Positions 11,300 to 29,530 of a stretch of DNA of 64,000 bases are shown in pieces. Position 1 is the first letter of the stretch. Every line of letters starts with the position of its first letter. The DNA comes from Macrostomum lignano (lineage: Eukaryota): positions 372,001 to 436,000 of the forward strand of contig NIVC01000327.1 in the NCBI GenBank assembly GCA_002269645.1, written 5' to 3'. A program made the position numbers and the translations under genes. Below the pieces are notes generated by a model that was not told the origin of the DNA, did no database searches, and saw nothing but the letters and a program-made list of their open reading frames with translations.

Positions 11300-12300
11300 G
11301 TGATTCATAGGACTCGATTCTACGGGATTCACTCTACTGATGAGTGACCAGAGAGTGACTCAATTCAGGAGATTCACACTACTGATGAGTGACCAGAGAG
11401 TGACTCAATTCAGGAGATTCACACTACTGATGAGTGACCAGAGAGTGACTCAATTCAGGAGATTCACACTACTGATGAGTGACCATAAAGTGACTCAATT
11501 CAGGAGATTCACACTACTCATGAGTGACTAGAGAGTGACTCAATTCAGGAGATTCACACTACTGATGAGTGACCATAGAGTGACTCAATTCAGGAGATTC
11601 ACTCTACTGATGAGTGACCATAGAGTGACTCAATTCAGGAGATTCACACTACTGATGAGTGACCATAGAGTGACTCAATTCAGGAGATTCACTCTACTGA
11701 TGAGTGACCATAGAGTGACTCAATTCAGGAGATTCACACTACTGATGAGTGACCATAGAGTGACTCAATTCAGGAGATTCACTCTACTGATGAGTGACTA
11801 GAGAGTGACTCAATTCAGGAGATTCACTCTACTGATAAGTGACCATAGAGTGACTCAATTCAGGAGATTCACACTACTGATGAGTGACCAGAGAGTGACT
11901 CAATTCAGGAGATTCACACTTACCGATGAGTGAGAGACCGGACTGACTCAATTCAGGAGATTCACACTACTGATGAGTGACCATAAAGTGACTCAATTCA
12001 GGAGATTCACACTACTGATGAGTGACTAGAGAGTGACTCAATTCAGGAGATTCACACTACTGATGAGTGACCATAGAGTGACTCAATTCAGGAGATTCAC
12101 TCTACTGATGAGTGACCATAGAGTGACTCAATTCAGGAGATTCACACTACTGATGAGTGACCAGAGAGTGACTCAATTCAGGAGATTCACTCTACTGATA
12201 AGTGACCAGAGAGGGACTCAATTCAGGAGATTCACACTATTCTGACAAGTGACCATGTGAGTGACTCAATTAGGCGACATTCCCGCTACTGATGAGTGAC
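11300..12300. repeat. 45-bp minisatellite (GAGTGACTCAATTCAGGAGATTCACACTACTGATGAGTGACCATA)n
   Basis: 15-aa periodicity in the ORF track; starts just downstream of the DNAAF6 poly(A) signal. Confidence 0.95.
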
Positions 12301-13024
12301 TCCTTTCACACTATATTGGCACTAGTTAGTGACTAGATCAATGATTATAGAATCGCAGCTAACCTCTCACTAATGCTGAATCAGACACTTCGGTCTGGTT
12401 AAATAATTAATGGCTAGCATTTAGCCAGAAATCTTTCACCTGGCCTGGTGCTAGATAAGCTACCTATTTGAAGAGAATTAAATGAAGCGACATCTTGCTA
12501 ATCTCAGCGGGAGGTCCTGCATTTGTCTCTGGAATTTCAACCACTCACTCGCTCAGATTCTGTTATAGTCAAAGAGTGACAATCAATAATTGAACAGGTA
12601 TATTTAGTGTGAAGTTGAAAGTTTTTTTTGCGTCAGGTAATTAGTTATAAATATTGCATTGCTCGCAAATTTTTTCGTCCTGCATCCAACTGCTGTGCAG
12701 CTTCATCATTCTTGCCTCACTTGAGGGTGAATTTTAAGTGGAAGCTGGATCACTTGATGACGTGACACGGGAAACCCTGACGGATTGTTCAAAGGTAAAA
12801 ACCTGATCCTTACTCCTACACGCCAGTATATTGCACAGATCATCTTCTCCTGTCTTTGCATTGTGTGCTCAGTCATGGATACTTCAAACAAGAACTTGGG
12901 TTGCCAAGTCTTAAGTTTGTTTTTTCAGTTAGGGCTACTTTATATGAATAATATTTTACTGAATCTGTCATGATTTCGGCTTGGTCAGACCCAAGTCTTA
13001 GCATTCCAGATATTTGGATTGAGG

Positions 13025-13755
13025 TGGGCGATTCTCAAGGAAATTTAGGGGCGATTCTCAAGGAGATTTGGGGGCGATTCTCAAGGAGATTTGGGGGCGA
13101 TTCTCAAGGAGATTTGGGGGCGATCCTCAAGGAGATTTGGGGGCGATCCTCAAGGAGATTTGGGGGCGATTCTCAAGGAGATTTGGGGGCGATTCTCAAG
13201 GAGATTTGGGGGCGATTCTCAAGGAGATTCGGGGGCGATTTTCAAGAAGACTCAGGGCGATTTTAAGGTGAGATTAAGGGGTGATTCTCAGGTGAGATTG
13301 AAGAACGATTCTAAGGTGAGATTGTGGGCCGATTCTCAGGTGAAATTGAGGGGCGGTTCTCAGGTGAGATTGAGGGGCGGTTCTCAGCAGGTGAGATTGA
13401 GGGGCGATTCTCAGGTGAGATTGAGGGCCGATTCTCAGGTGCGATTGAGGGGCGGTTCTCAGGTGAGATTGAAGAACGATTCTAAGGTGAGATTGTGGGC
13501 CGATTCTCAGGTGAGATTGAGGAGCGATTCTCAGGTGAGATTGTGGGGCGATTCTCAGGTGAGATTGAGGGGCGGTTCTCAGGTGAGATTGAGGGGCGGT
13601 TCTCAGGTGAGATTGAGAGGCGGTTCTCAGGTGATATTGAGGGGCAGTTCTCAGGTGAGATTGAGGGGCGGTTCTCAGATGAGATTGTGGGCCGATTCTC
13701 AGGTGAGATTGAGGGGCGATTCTCAGGTGAGATTGTGGGCCGATTCTCAGGTGAG
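13025..13755. repeat. 23-bp and 24-bp minisatellites, reverse complement of the 9075-10732 family
   Basis: CTCAGGTGAGATTGAGGGGCGGTT units at 13260-13755, preceded by a CTCAAGGAGATTTGGGGGCGATT derivative. Confidence 0.92.
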
Positions 13756-14055
13756 GTAACAACATGCAGTGCTGTAATGATGAGGTTTGGGTAGAGAACT
13801 GACACTCCATATTACGGTTTCCAAGTGTCCTTGGCGCAGTCCATGCAGCTCCAGCTCGACGCTCCCCTCGTCAACTGATCTACGTGACTGAAGAAGGAAA
13901 AAATTGTTTGACAAATTTCAAGTTACTCTTCTTACACAACGTGCGGTGGCCAAGCCATTGAGTGGGGGAGAGGTTCGCTGTTTATAACTTCATGCTATCA
14001 GTGGGTTTGGGGGTGGGTTTCACAAACGCGAAATTTCATAACCGCTAAAAGCACT

Positions 14056-14291
14056 TGCTTTCATAAACGCGAAACTTCACAAACGCGAAACTTCACAACC
14101 GCTAAATGTCATCTACTTTCACAACCGCGAAACTTCATAACCGCGAAACTTCACAACCGCTAAAAAGACTGCAGTATATGAAAGTATGTGCAAAATTTTT
14201 AGCGGTTGTGAAGTTTCGCGGTTATGAAGTTTCGCGATTGTGAAAGTAGATGACATTTAGCGGTTTTGAAGTTTCGCGTTTTTGAAAGCAA
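14056..14291. repeat. Foldback/MITE-like inverted repeat; arms about 14056-14166 and 14196-14291, loop about 29 nt
   Basis: The right arm TTTTTAGCGGTTGTGAAGTTTCGCGGTTATGAAG... is the near-perfect reverse complement of the left arm. Confidence 0.8.
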
Positions 14292-14439
14292 CCCGGGTTT
14301 GGTTGGCTGGGCACGGGGCTTGGGTGTACATGTGTTTAGAGGCTGTTATAAAGATTTTGTTATAAAGAAAATTAGTTTTCTTTGTTCCAATTGTGGTTTT
14401 AAAACTGAAGTTGGTTTGTTCGATATTGGAGTGCTAAAC

Positions 14440-14772
14440 ATGGAGCTTTTGGAGTGCTAAACATGGAGCTTTTGGGGTGCTGAACATGGATATTGGGATG
14501 CTGAACATGGATACTGGGGTGCTAAACATGGATATTGGGGTGCTGAACATGGATACTGGGGTGCTGAACATGGATACTGGGGTGCTGAACATGGATATTG
14601 GGGTGCTGAACATGGATACTGGGGTGCTGAACATGGACACTGGGGTGCTGAACATGGATACTGGGGTGCTGAACATGGATACTGGGGTGCTGAACATGGA
14701 TATTGGGGTGCTGAACATGGATACTGGGGTGCTGAACATGGATATTGGGGTGCTGAACATGGATATTGGGTG
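14440..14772. repeat. 21-bp minisatellite (GGGGTGCTGAACATGGATACT)n
   Basis: Tandem copies, 7-aa periodicity. Confidence 0.95.
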
Positions 14773-15884
14773 CCTATTAATCTATAAATTTTAGTGCCTT
14801 AGTGCATCAGGTGTCCAGGAGGTCAAAGCAGCCACCCTGAGTGATTTCCGGCCTCTATAGTCCTCCCAAGTCGACCTCCCCTTAGTTATGCAATGCAGCA
14901 CCGTTTAATACCAAATCGAGAGCTTTACTGATCTCATGCCACCCATGAAGAGTGAAATTGAAAACTCTGTGTCGTGATTTTTTCACCTGCCCGCCTGGAT
15001 AATTGATGAGGTCGCTACTTTAATTCATCGCGCGAAATCAATTGTCCGATAGACAGATAGTCTTGATAGATAAGTGACAGAGAGACAAGGAGAGACATCA
15101 AGTGGCTTAGAAAGATTAAACCTTGAGACAAAATGAATTCGGTGGAAATTAATTATTCAATAAGGATTACTGGATAAGGAGCACCCGATGTAAACTGCTG
15201 ACCCTGCCGTGTATACCAGTTTGTTTTAGTCAGCCGGGACCTGGGGGTTAGAGTGAACTGCTGTCAACTCAACGGCAACACAGAGCTGCGCCTGTTTAAT
15301 TCTTCAACAAGGTGACGTGACCGTGTCGTAACTGTGGACGCGCGGCAGGAGAGAGCAGAACCCGACAGATGTGGCTCTCCCACACCGGGGGGGGGGGGGT
15401 TTGAGGCTGGGGAAGTCAGACCCCGGTCTCTGATTGGTTGCCGCTATACGTGGGAAGAAGAAGCGCGGAAGTCTCTTCTCCATCATCATTGAGGTTCCGC
15501 GTGTCCTCGTTCGTTCAACAAAGTTATAAAGACAATAAAAAACTTCAGAGAGTGAGAGACAGAAAGCCAAATCTGCGTTTGGAAAGTTTTCCTTAATAAT
15601 CAACAGATCGAGTTTCTATACAATCTGAACACTCTTCAAAATGGACTCCAGTGTTGAGCCTGAACAGCAGCAGCATCTCATTGTTTATCCCGACGATGGT
15701 CGCTCGAGTAAGTTGTTCTCAAATCGGTTCCTGGGGGTTGTCACACGATTTACAGGCATGAGGACCATGCAACCCCCACGGTACAGAGACTGTACATGCC
15801 TGATGATTAGAGTTTTTCTATATGGAAAATGCACATTATCATGTACCGATAATTTTCAGAATCCGTCTTGTCAGCAATCATTTT

Positions 15885-16147
15885 ATATAGCGCCGCAGAC
15901 ACTCATTTTAGCGCCGCAGGCACTCATTTTAGCGCCGCAGACACTCATTTTAGCGCCTCAGGCACTCATTTTAGCGCCTCAGACACTCATTTTAGCGCCG
16001 CAGGCACTCATTTTAGCGCCGCAGACACTCATTTTAGCGCCTCAGGCACTCATTTTAGCGCCTCAGGCACTCATTTTAGCGCCGCAGACACTCATTTTAG
16101 CGCCGCAGACACTCATTTTAGCGCCGCAGGCACTCATTTTAGCGCCT
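15885..16147. repeat. 21-bp minisatellite (CACTCATTTTAGCGCCGCAGG)n
   Basis: Tandem copies, 7-aa periodicity. Confidence 0.93.
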
Positions 16148-17271
16148 ATGCATGGAGTCAGTGGAATGTACAGAATTGCTGTCACTACTGGTTGTGGGAC
16201 GATATCGCCAGGTGCCCACTTGCTCTTGAATTGCTCCCGAATGGCAGCAAATGGTTCCTTGGAAACTGTAACATCGTTAAAGCTTCCATCCACACCCCGA
16301 AACTAGTGGTCAATGGTTCTCTCAGATTTCATAGCCGCATAGTGACGTGATTGACACCTCTCATCGCACAGCTCTGGCTTAAATCTCCGAAACTCTAAAA
16401 CTTGAATGCAATTGAGGGTTGAAATCATAACAGCGCATAAAAATATTGAATGTCACGCAAACTTGCAATCGAGTATTTTTGTCTATTTACTAATTAGACA
16501 ATTTCTATACTAATTTCTAATTAAAGCATGTTCTCTGTGGTCAAATAATGGCCAAATGTTTGGCTTTTTCAACCGGCTGGATTATGGTTTGTCACAGTCT
16601 GTCAGCCTTCTCTGCCTTTTTAGTTGTTTGTTTTGTGGGAAAAGGTAAGGCCTATGTATAATTTCTGAGCTATTTTCGGAGTTTTCGTCACGTTTCTTCT
16701 TGACTTTGTTCAATCGGTCATATTGTTTGAGTAAAGAGGGAAACCCATGCGAAACCCATGCACAGCTGCTCTATTGAATGGCAACACTGCAGAACGATAT
16801 TCAAAATGTTGATCAAAACTTAATAACAAATTTAAAACATATGTACGCTTGGGTTCTAAAAGACGCAATTCTCAACCATTCCGCTGATTCCTAAGTGTTG
16901 TGTTGAGAAAGTCAGACTGATTTTGGGGGTACACACGAACTTAGACCACGTTGGCCTTCGACTGGTATATTTATAATTAGATATTTACCTAGCTGCATGC
17001 GACAAATCAATATCGGCAAACATAGCAGATGTACATATCTGCAAACCAACTACACAACATTCACTCTCCCTCGCGAACGAGTTGCCTTATCAACGAAATA
17101 TTCTATTATCGATTACATATTTAAAAACAATAAAACAGACATGAACATTAGGAATAAAATATTTGAAAGAGTTGGACATTAAGTCCCAATCGCAAAAAAA
17201 CCTCAAATAGAAAACTCGAAAACCAAAGGCTTGCAACTCAAAAGTCCTTTGCAGTCATTGCAATCAGTGAG

Positions 17272-18570
17272 TCACCACATCCCCGTACCACTGCGGCGGA
17301 GCCCGACTCCTCGCACTCGCTCGAATCGCCGTCGGTGCTCCTTGATGCGGCGGCAGCTCTTCAGCCGCCTCACGCGCACCCAGTCGCCGACCTTGATCAC
17401 CGGCGGTGGCCTACTGGCCGAGTTGAGCTTGCTGAAGACTCGCTGCTGCTTCTGCCTGATGCTGCCAGCCAGGTTGTGCTGCGATGGCGTCCTTGGCTGC
17501 AGTGCAGTCAGCGGAGTGCTGATTTTCCGGCTCGTCATCAGCTCCGCCGGTGACACCCCCGTCAGTGCGTGCGGGGTGGCCCGGTATGACCACAGCAGCG
17601 CCCTCACCGCGTCCTTGAAACCGTAGCCGTCCTGCAGGTGCGTCTTCAGGCCGTCTTTCAGAAACCGGTTGAAGCGCTCGACATGCAGCGTTGCCTTGCG
17701 GGTGGTAGTGCGGCGACTGGCGGTGCTGGAGGAAATCTTTGAAGTCACCGGACATGAACTGCGGCTCGCCGTCCGTGTTGATGCTCTTTGGGAGTTCCCA
17801 GCGGCTGAACCACGTCGTCAGGGCGTCGATCACGTCAGCTGTGGTCACTGTCGACATGCAGGCTGCTTCTGGCCACTTCGAATGCAGGTCGTACAGCACC
17901 AGAATGAAGCGACATGAGTTCGGCGCCGAATGCAGCTCCCCGAAGATGTCGAGCTGAAGCTCCTCCCAAGGTCGCGTCGGCCACTTTGTCGGAGTCAGCA
18001 CCGTTTTGGATGGCTTGAAGTTCTTCTTGCTGAGCAGGCAGGCCTCGCAGTGCCGCACGAACTCCTCGATTTGACTTTCGATCTGCGGCCACCAGACCGA
18101 GTCCCGGCAGTGCTGCTTCATTCTGCTCACTCCGAGGTGCCCAAAGTGCGCCAGCTGCAGCGTCTTCTCTCTCAACGACGCGGGGATCACCGCGCGCAAC
18201 CCATTCGCCAGGCACTTGCCTTCGTTCCAGACTGTGAGCTGCTCCTTGATCTGCCAGAACGGCTGCAGCTCCGGCCTCAACTGCTGGATGGAACTCGGCC
18301 AGCCCTCCAGCGTCATCTCGATCGCCTGGCTGATCACCGGGTCCTGTAAAGATGCCTCAGCCAGTTCGCTTGGGCTCACGATCTGCAGCGCGCCAGACAG
18401 CAGGACGGCGTTCACTTGGAGCTCCGCCGGGTCCTCCTCGCCGCTGTCGTTGCGGGTGCCGTGTCGCGACAAAAAGTCCGGAACGGTGTTCTTTTTCCCC
18501 GGAACGTGGCAGACCTGGAAGTCATACGCGAGCAGGCCGTCGGCCCACCGGTGCAGTCTCAATGGCCGGT
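17272..18570 (-). pseudogene. Gypsy pol remnant: RNase H C-terminus plus integrase, frameshifted near 17700-17750
   Basis: The integrase core is split between ORFs 17411-18631 and 17272-17748. Confidence 0.85.
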
Positions 18571-18940
18571 GGCCGCTGCCCTCGCTGCCAAAACCTGTGG
18601 CGCTCCGCCACCACGTTGGTCTTGCCACCAAACTGCTCCTTTAGCAGCTTCACGGTCTCGTCGAATCCCAGCGGTGGCTGTTCACCATCCGAATTCTGAG
18701 ATCGCGGTGGCTGCATCGCTGCGAACATCCGCTGTCCTTCAGCACCCAGGCAGTGCAGAAGCAGGGCTCGCTTTCTCGCGTCTGGTAGAGTGTCGAAGCC
18801 CGCCGCCATTAAGTATTATAAGCATTAAGCCCGCCGTCAAACAGGCTCTTCCACTCATTCCACGGCCTCGTTGGCGGTCCCGGTTGAGGCAGGAATTGCT
18901 CTGGTGGCGAGATGTTGATTCTTGGCACCTCCGATGTGCT
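18571..18940 (-). pseudogene. Gypsy gag N-terminal remnant, frameshifted near 18810
   Basis: PPEQFLPQPGPPTRPWNEWKSLF, then in another frame DARKRALLLHCLGAEGQRMF...KTNVVAERHRF. Confidence 0.8.
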
Positions 18941-20589
18941 AGGAGCTGTCGTTGACCGAGTTGTGTCGAGAAAGTCAGAAGTCCTGATTTTGGGGGTACA
19001 CACGAACTTAGACCACGTTGGCCTTCGACTGGTATATTTATACTTAGATATTTACCTAGCTGCGACAAATCAATATCGGCAAACAAATGTACATAGCAGA
19101 TGTGCAAACCAACTACACAACACTGAGCACATACAAGCGCTCCAATACTGTACACAGTGGCCCCTTGTGTGACTTTCTAATCGTCAGACCCTCGTGTGTG
19201 TGAATTGCACAACCCCCCATGTTTAAATTTCGTTCAGTCACACGCAAGTTCAGGAAGCCGCCCGTTAATATATCAAAACTGCATATCCCCTATAGCGTTT
19301 AGACCCTGCAGTGGAAAATCAATTAACTTTCAATTCGAGTTTGGAACCCCTCTCGCCTGATCCTCAAAGCTTTTTGTCTTCGCAAAACATTTCACCCCTC
19401 TCCCCCCCCCCCGCTCTCTCAAGTTCGATGCCCAATGCAGCAGGTCTGCAGTCTGTCTGCCTGGGAGAATGACGGTCTGGAGTTCAACTCAGTTAGTTCA
19501 GTATTGACCCAAGCCCTGCCTGCTGACCTGATTGACTGAAGGCATCTGCATTAGCCATGCCGGTGGGAACAGACGCACCGACGGTAGCCTTGGACAAATC
19601 CCCAGGACTCTCTCTCTCTCTCTCCTCTCTGTCGTCTCTTTTCAAGCGAAAAAAACACAGCAAAGTAGATAAAAAGTTAAAGACAGAAGAAATCACTCTC
19701 TCTCTCTCTCTCTAGCTCGCCCCCGCTCTCCCATGGCAGTGATTGAAAAGTGATGGCCAAATGCAGTTGGGCAGTCGAGCGCGGCGGTGAATCAATGCTG
19801 TGAGCTGCCTGGCACAGTTCCTTGACCGCAGAGAGGTCGGCTTCCCCCCCGAGCTCTCCGGCTCGAGCAGGCCTGGCCACTTTCTCACACCAGTCGATTG
19901 AAGCCACACAGAAAATGAAAAGAACGAACTGAAGGGGAGCTGAAGGGGGGTTAGAGAGAGATGGGGAGAAAAGGAAATCCCCTCCTCTCTCTCCTGTTAC
20001 CCATTTCACTTTCTCCTCATGGCAGCCAACTTTTCCCAATATTTTCTGATCCCATCAGTGAAGAATGAATGACAAGACAGAGCCGCAATGCGCATGTGCT
20101 CATTTCTCTCTGTGAAATCCATGCACAGATTCTTAAGCGCATGTATCCTTAATCGAGATTAACGACCCAGCATGACTGGAATCAAACACAGCTGACTGCT
20201 TGCTTTGAGCACTAATCCTGTCCACACGCTTCTTCAAGTCTGCTTGCTTGTTGGTCACCCATATAGATAGAAAATCTATCTTTTCTATGAAGTTCGGCCG
20301 TTATATAATCTCTCGAATGCTGCAGGCTGTTCACTTCGGAATTCGTTACACAGGTGGGCACACACAGCGACAGAGATGCGAGAGAGTAGCCTAATGACAT
20401 CTCAGCTGGGCCAGCTGCTCTCAGCCTGCTGAGGTAGCGAAAGATCATATTGAAATGTTTTTTGGCACTTAGCTGGGTAGCCTTGGGCTGCAGGTCCTGC
20501 CTGGACTTGGCTGCCGCTGGTCCACTTAGCTGAGCCCCTAATTCTCTGTAGAGAGGGCAGAGGGGGTTGTTCACGCTGTCTGCCTGTCC

Positions 20590-22195
20590 TTCTCCTGTCT
20601 ACCCTCTCTACCCCGCCTACCGTGTCTACCCTCTCTACCTCCTCTACCCTCTCTACCCTCTCTACCCTCTCTACCCTCTCTACCCTCTCTACCCTCTCTA
20701 CCCTCTCTACCCTGTCTACCGTATCTACCCTCTCTACCCTCTCTACCCTGTCTACCTTATCTACCCGCTCTATCCTCTCTACCGTGTCCATCCTCTCTAT
20801 CGGGTCTACCCTGTCTACCCTGTCTACCCTGTCTACCCTCTCTACCCTGTCTACCCTGTCTACCCTGTCTACCCTCTCTACCTCCTCTACCCTCTCTACC
20901 CTGTCTACCCTGTCTACTCTGTCTACCCTGTATACCGTGCCTACCCTCTCTACCCTGTCTACCCTGTCTAACGTGCCTACCCTGTCTACCCTGTCTACCC
21001 TGTCTACCCTGTCTACCCTGTCTACCCTGTCTACCCTGTCTACCGTATCTACCCTCTCTACCTCCTCTACCCTCTCTACCCTGTCTACCTTATCTACCCG
21101 CTCTATCCTCTCTACCGTGTCCATCCTCTCTATCGGGTCTACCCTGTCTACCCTGTCTACCCTCTCTACCCTGTCTACCCTGTCTACCCTGTCTACCCTC
21201 TCTACCCTGTCTACCCTCTCTACCCTGTCTACCCTGTCTAACCTGTCTACCCTGTCTACCCTGTCTACCCTGTCTACCCTGTCTACCCTGTCTACCCTGT
21301 CTACCCTGTCTACCCTGTCTACCCTGTCTACCCTGTCTACCCTGTCTACCCTGTCTACCCTGTCTACCGTATCTACCCTCTCTACCTCCTCTACCCTCTC
21401 TACCCTGTCTACCTTATCTACCCGCTCTATCCTCTCTACCGTGTCCATCCTCTCTATCGGGTCTACCCTGTCTACCCTGTCTACCCTCTCTACCCTGTCT
21501 ACCCTGTCTACCCTCTCTACCCTGTCTACCCTGTCTACCCTGTCTACCCTGTCTACCCTGTCTACCCTGTCTACCCTGTCTACCCTGTCTACCCTGTCTA
21601 CCCTGTCTACCCTGTCTACCCTGTCTACCCTGTCTACCCTGTCTACCCTGTCTACCCTGTCTACCCTGTCTACCCTGTCTACCGTATCTACCCTCTCTAC
21701 CTCCTCTACCCTCTCTACCCTGTCTACCGTATCTACCCTCTCTACCTCCTCTACCCTCTCTACCCTGTCTACCTTATCTACCCGCTCTATCCTCTCTACC
21801 GTGTCCATCCTCTCTATCGGGTCTACCCTGTCTACCCTGTCTACCCTCTCTACCCTGTCTACCCTGTCTACCCTGTCTACCCTGTCTACCCTCTCTACCC
21901 TGTCTACCCTGTCTACCCTCTCTACCCTGTCTACCCTGTCTACCCTGTCTACCCTGTCTACCCTGTCTACCCTGTCTACCCTGTCTACCCTGTCTACCCT
22001 GTCTACCCTGTCTACCCTGTCTACCCTGTCTACCGTATCTACCCTCTCTACCTCCTCTACCCTCTCTACCCTGTCTACCTTATCTACCCGCTCTATCCTC
22101 TCTACCGTGTCCATCCTCTCTATCGGGTCTACCCTGTCTACCCTGTCTACCCTGTCTACCCTGTCTACCTCCTCTACCCTCTCTACCCTGTTTAC
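20590..22195. repeat. 9-bp minisatellite (CTCTACCCT/CTGTCTACC)n with recurring higher-order variant blocks
   Basis: 3-aa periodicity (STL/DRV); explains the 604-aa and 542-aa ORFs. Confidence 0.96.
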
Positions 22196-22314
22196 CTTAC
22201 GTACCCTCCCGACCATTTACCCTCCCTACAAAAATAAAAAAGCAGCTTAATTTAAGATAAAAAATCCAGGATTTCTCCCATTCCCCTCTCCCTCTGTTCC
22301 TCAAACTCGTGCAG

Positions 22315-27785
<5,471 letters not shown>

Positions 27786-27954
27786 TGCTTTTAAATAACT
27801 GACTGGATTATAGAAACTGAATTGGAGGCAGTTAAAAATTTTTAATATGATTTTTTAAATTTAGCATTCGATGTAACCCCATGCATATAATCTGTCTCTG
27901 CGTATTCCTCTATCTAATTACTATATAACCAGCTTCATCTCGGCACCCCGAGAA

Positions 27955-28290
27955 ACCCTAGCAGTGGCCCTAGCAACCACTGACCTATTCTAGCAGTGGC
28001 CCTAGCAACCACTGATCTATTCTAGCAGTGGCCCTAGCAACCACTGATCTATTCTAGCAGTGGCCCTAGCAACCACTGATCTATTCTAGCAGTGGCCCTA
28101 GCAACCACTGATCTATTCTATCAGTGTACCTAGCAACTACTGATCTATTCTACCAGTGGCCCTAGCAACCACTGATCTATTCTACCAGTGGCCCTAGCAA
28201 CCACAGACCTAATGTAGCAGCGATCTTAGCAACGTTTCTATCGCGTCATTAGCAACCACTAACACTCTAAGAAATGGCCCTAGCAACCAG
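27955..28290. repeat. 32-bp minisatellite (CTAGCAGTGGCCCTAGCAACCACTGATCTATT)n
   Basis: Period 32; each unit has an internal CAGTGG/CCACTG inverted pair. Confidence 0.9.
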
Positions 28291-28944
28291 CTGAATTTTG
28301 TTCTTTTCTGTGCACTTTAGGCAACTAATTTTTTTCTTAAGCGTCCGTAGAAACCATCCAACCATTTATTAAATATGCATAAATGTAATACAAGGCTTAT
28401 AATAAACTTTCTTTCATCGATTTACTTAACTGCTTTGATAAAATCACATATACATTATCACAAAAATCTCTTTTCGAATCAATTAAATGATTTTAATGTC
28501 AAATCCTTTGCATTCTACTATTCAAGTAGTAATGATGAAAAAACGTTACTAAATAACAATACTGTTTGATAAAATTGCTTAATAATTAATAATCGTTAAA
28601 GTGCGGTGTTCTTTACATGTATGTGCAATTTGTAAGAAAACTCACTGCACTTTTATTTACTGGTATGTATTGTTTTCTTCTTCTATTACAATGGCAACAT
28701 CATTAGATTAATTGATACAATAAAATTTTAGTGATGAAAATAAAGCTATAACAAAAAAATTGATAATATAGCACTAGCTTTTTTAGCTATGCTTCATTCC
28801 TTGTTAAAATAAAATTCACAATTTGAACTGACGGCTTTAAATGTCAAATACAGCCAATTTTAATCGTTTCACTCTTCATTGCTTTCTTGATCAAATCAAC
28901 AAATAAAAATATATAGAATTCCAATTGCAATGGGTTTTCTTTCA

Positions 28945-29530
28945 CTGGGATAGAATCCCCATCGAAAGAACCCAGAAAAGTCTCAGTTCCCGATGGGATA
29001 AAATCCCCATCGATAGAACCCAGATCAATCCCAATTCCCAATGGGATAAAATCCCTATCGATAGAACCCAGATCAATCCCAATTCCCAATGGGATAAAAT
29101 CCCTATCGATAGAACCCAGATCAATCCCAATTCCCAATGGGATAAAATCCCTATCGATAGAACCCAGATCAATCCCAATTTCCAATGGGATAAAATCCCT
29201 ATCGATAGAACCAATGTAATCCCACTTCCCAATGGGATGAACTTCCCATCGATAGAACCCAAATAAAACTCATTTTCAGATGGGATAAAATCCACATCGA
29301 TAGAACCCAGATAAATCTCACTTTCAGATGGGATAAAATCCACATCGATAGAACCCAAATAAATCTCACTTTCAGATGGGATAAAATCCCCATCGATAGA
29401 ACCCAAATAAATCTCACTTTCAGATGGGATAAAATCCACATCGATAGAACCCAAATAAATCTCACTTTTAGATGGGATAAAATCCCCATCGATAGAGCTT
29501 AGATAATAGATCCCACTTCCTAAAGCGATA
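28945..29530. repeat. 48-bp minisatellite with an ATCGATAGAACCC core
   Basis: 16-aa periodicity in the ORF track. Confidence 0.9.

Larger units (their letters stand above)
16896..19122 (-). mobile_element. Internally deleted Ty3/Gypsy-type LTR retrotransposon (about 2.2 kb), with gag 5' end fused to the RNase H tail and integrase
   Basis: About 164-bp direct repeats at 16896-17059 and 18959-19122 begin TGTTGTG on the minus strand. A purine tract GAGGGAGAGTGAA abuts the 3' LTR. Flanks CTAAG/CTGAG form a 5-bp TSD with one mismatch. Protein motifs: gag RKRALLLHCLGAEGQR, RNase H RLHRWADGLLAYDF...KKNTVPDFLSR, H2C2 HFGHLGVSRMK...CEAC, rve PWEELQLDIFG, VERFNRFLK, YRATPH. Confidence 0.9.

Noticed and set aside
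11300-12300. CTGATGAG in each 45-bp unit as a satellite-encoded hammerhead ribozyme
   Set aside because: There is no GAAA after a closable stem II and no stem I/III pairing. Only the first half of the core is present.
13816-13887. SCMDCAKDTW resembling the LYAR C2HC zinc finger
   Set aside because: The preceding conserved Cys is missing and no flanking LYAR exons were found. Kept only as an orphan exon candidate.
15304-15604. Possible solo LTR
   Set aside because: I could not find TG…CA termini with a matching TSD, or a second copy in the window.
15641-16350. ORFs of 221 aa and 160 aa
   Set aside because: Their length comes from the embedded 21-bp array, and the unique parts show no recognisable motif.
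17231-18955. Plus-strand and alternative-frame ORFs over the retroelement
   Set aside because: Shadow ORFs of GC-rich pol/gag sequence on the minus strand.
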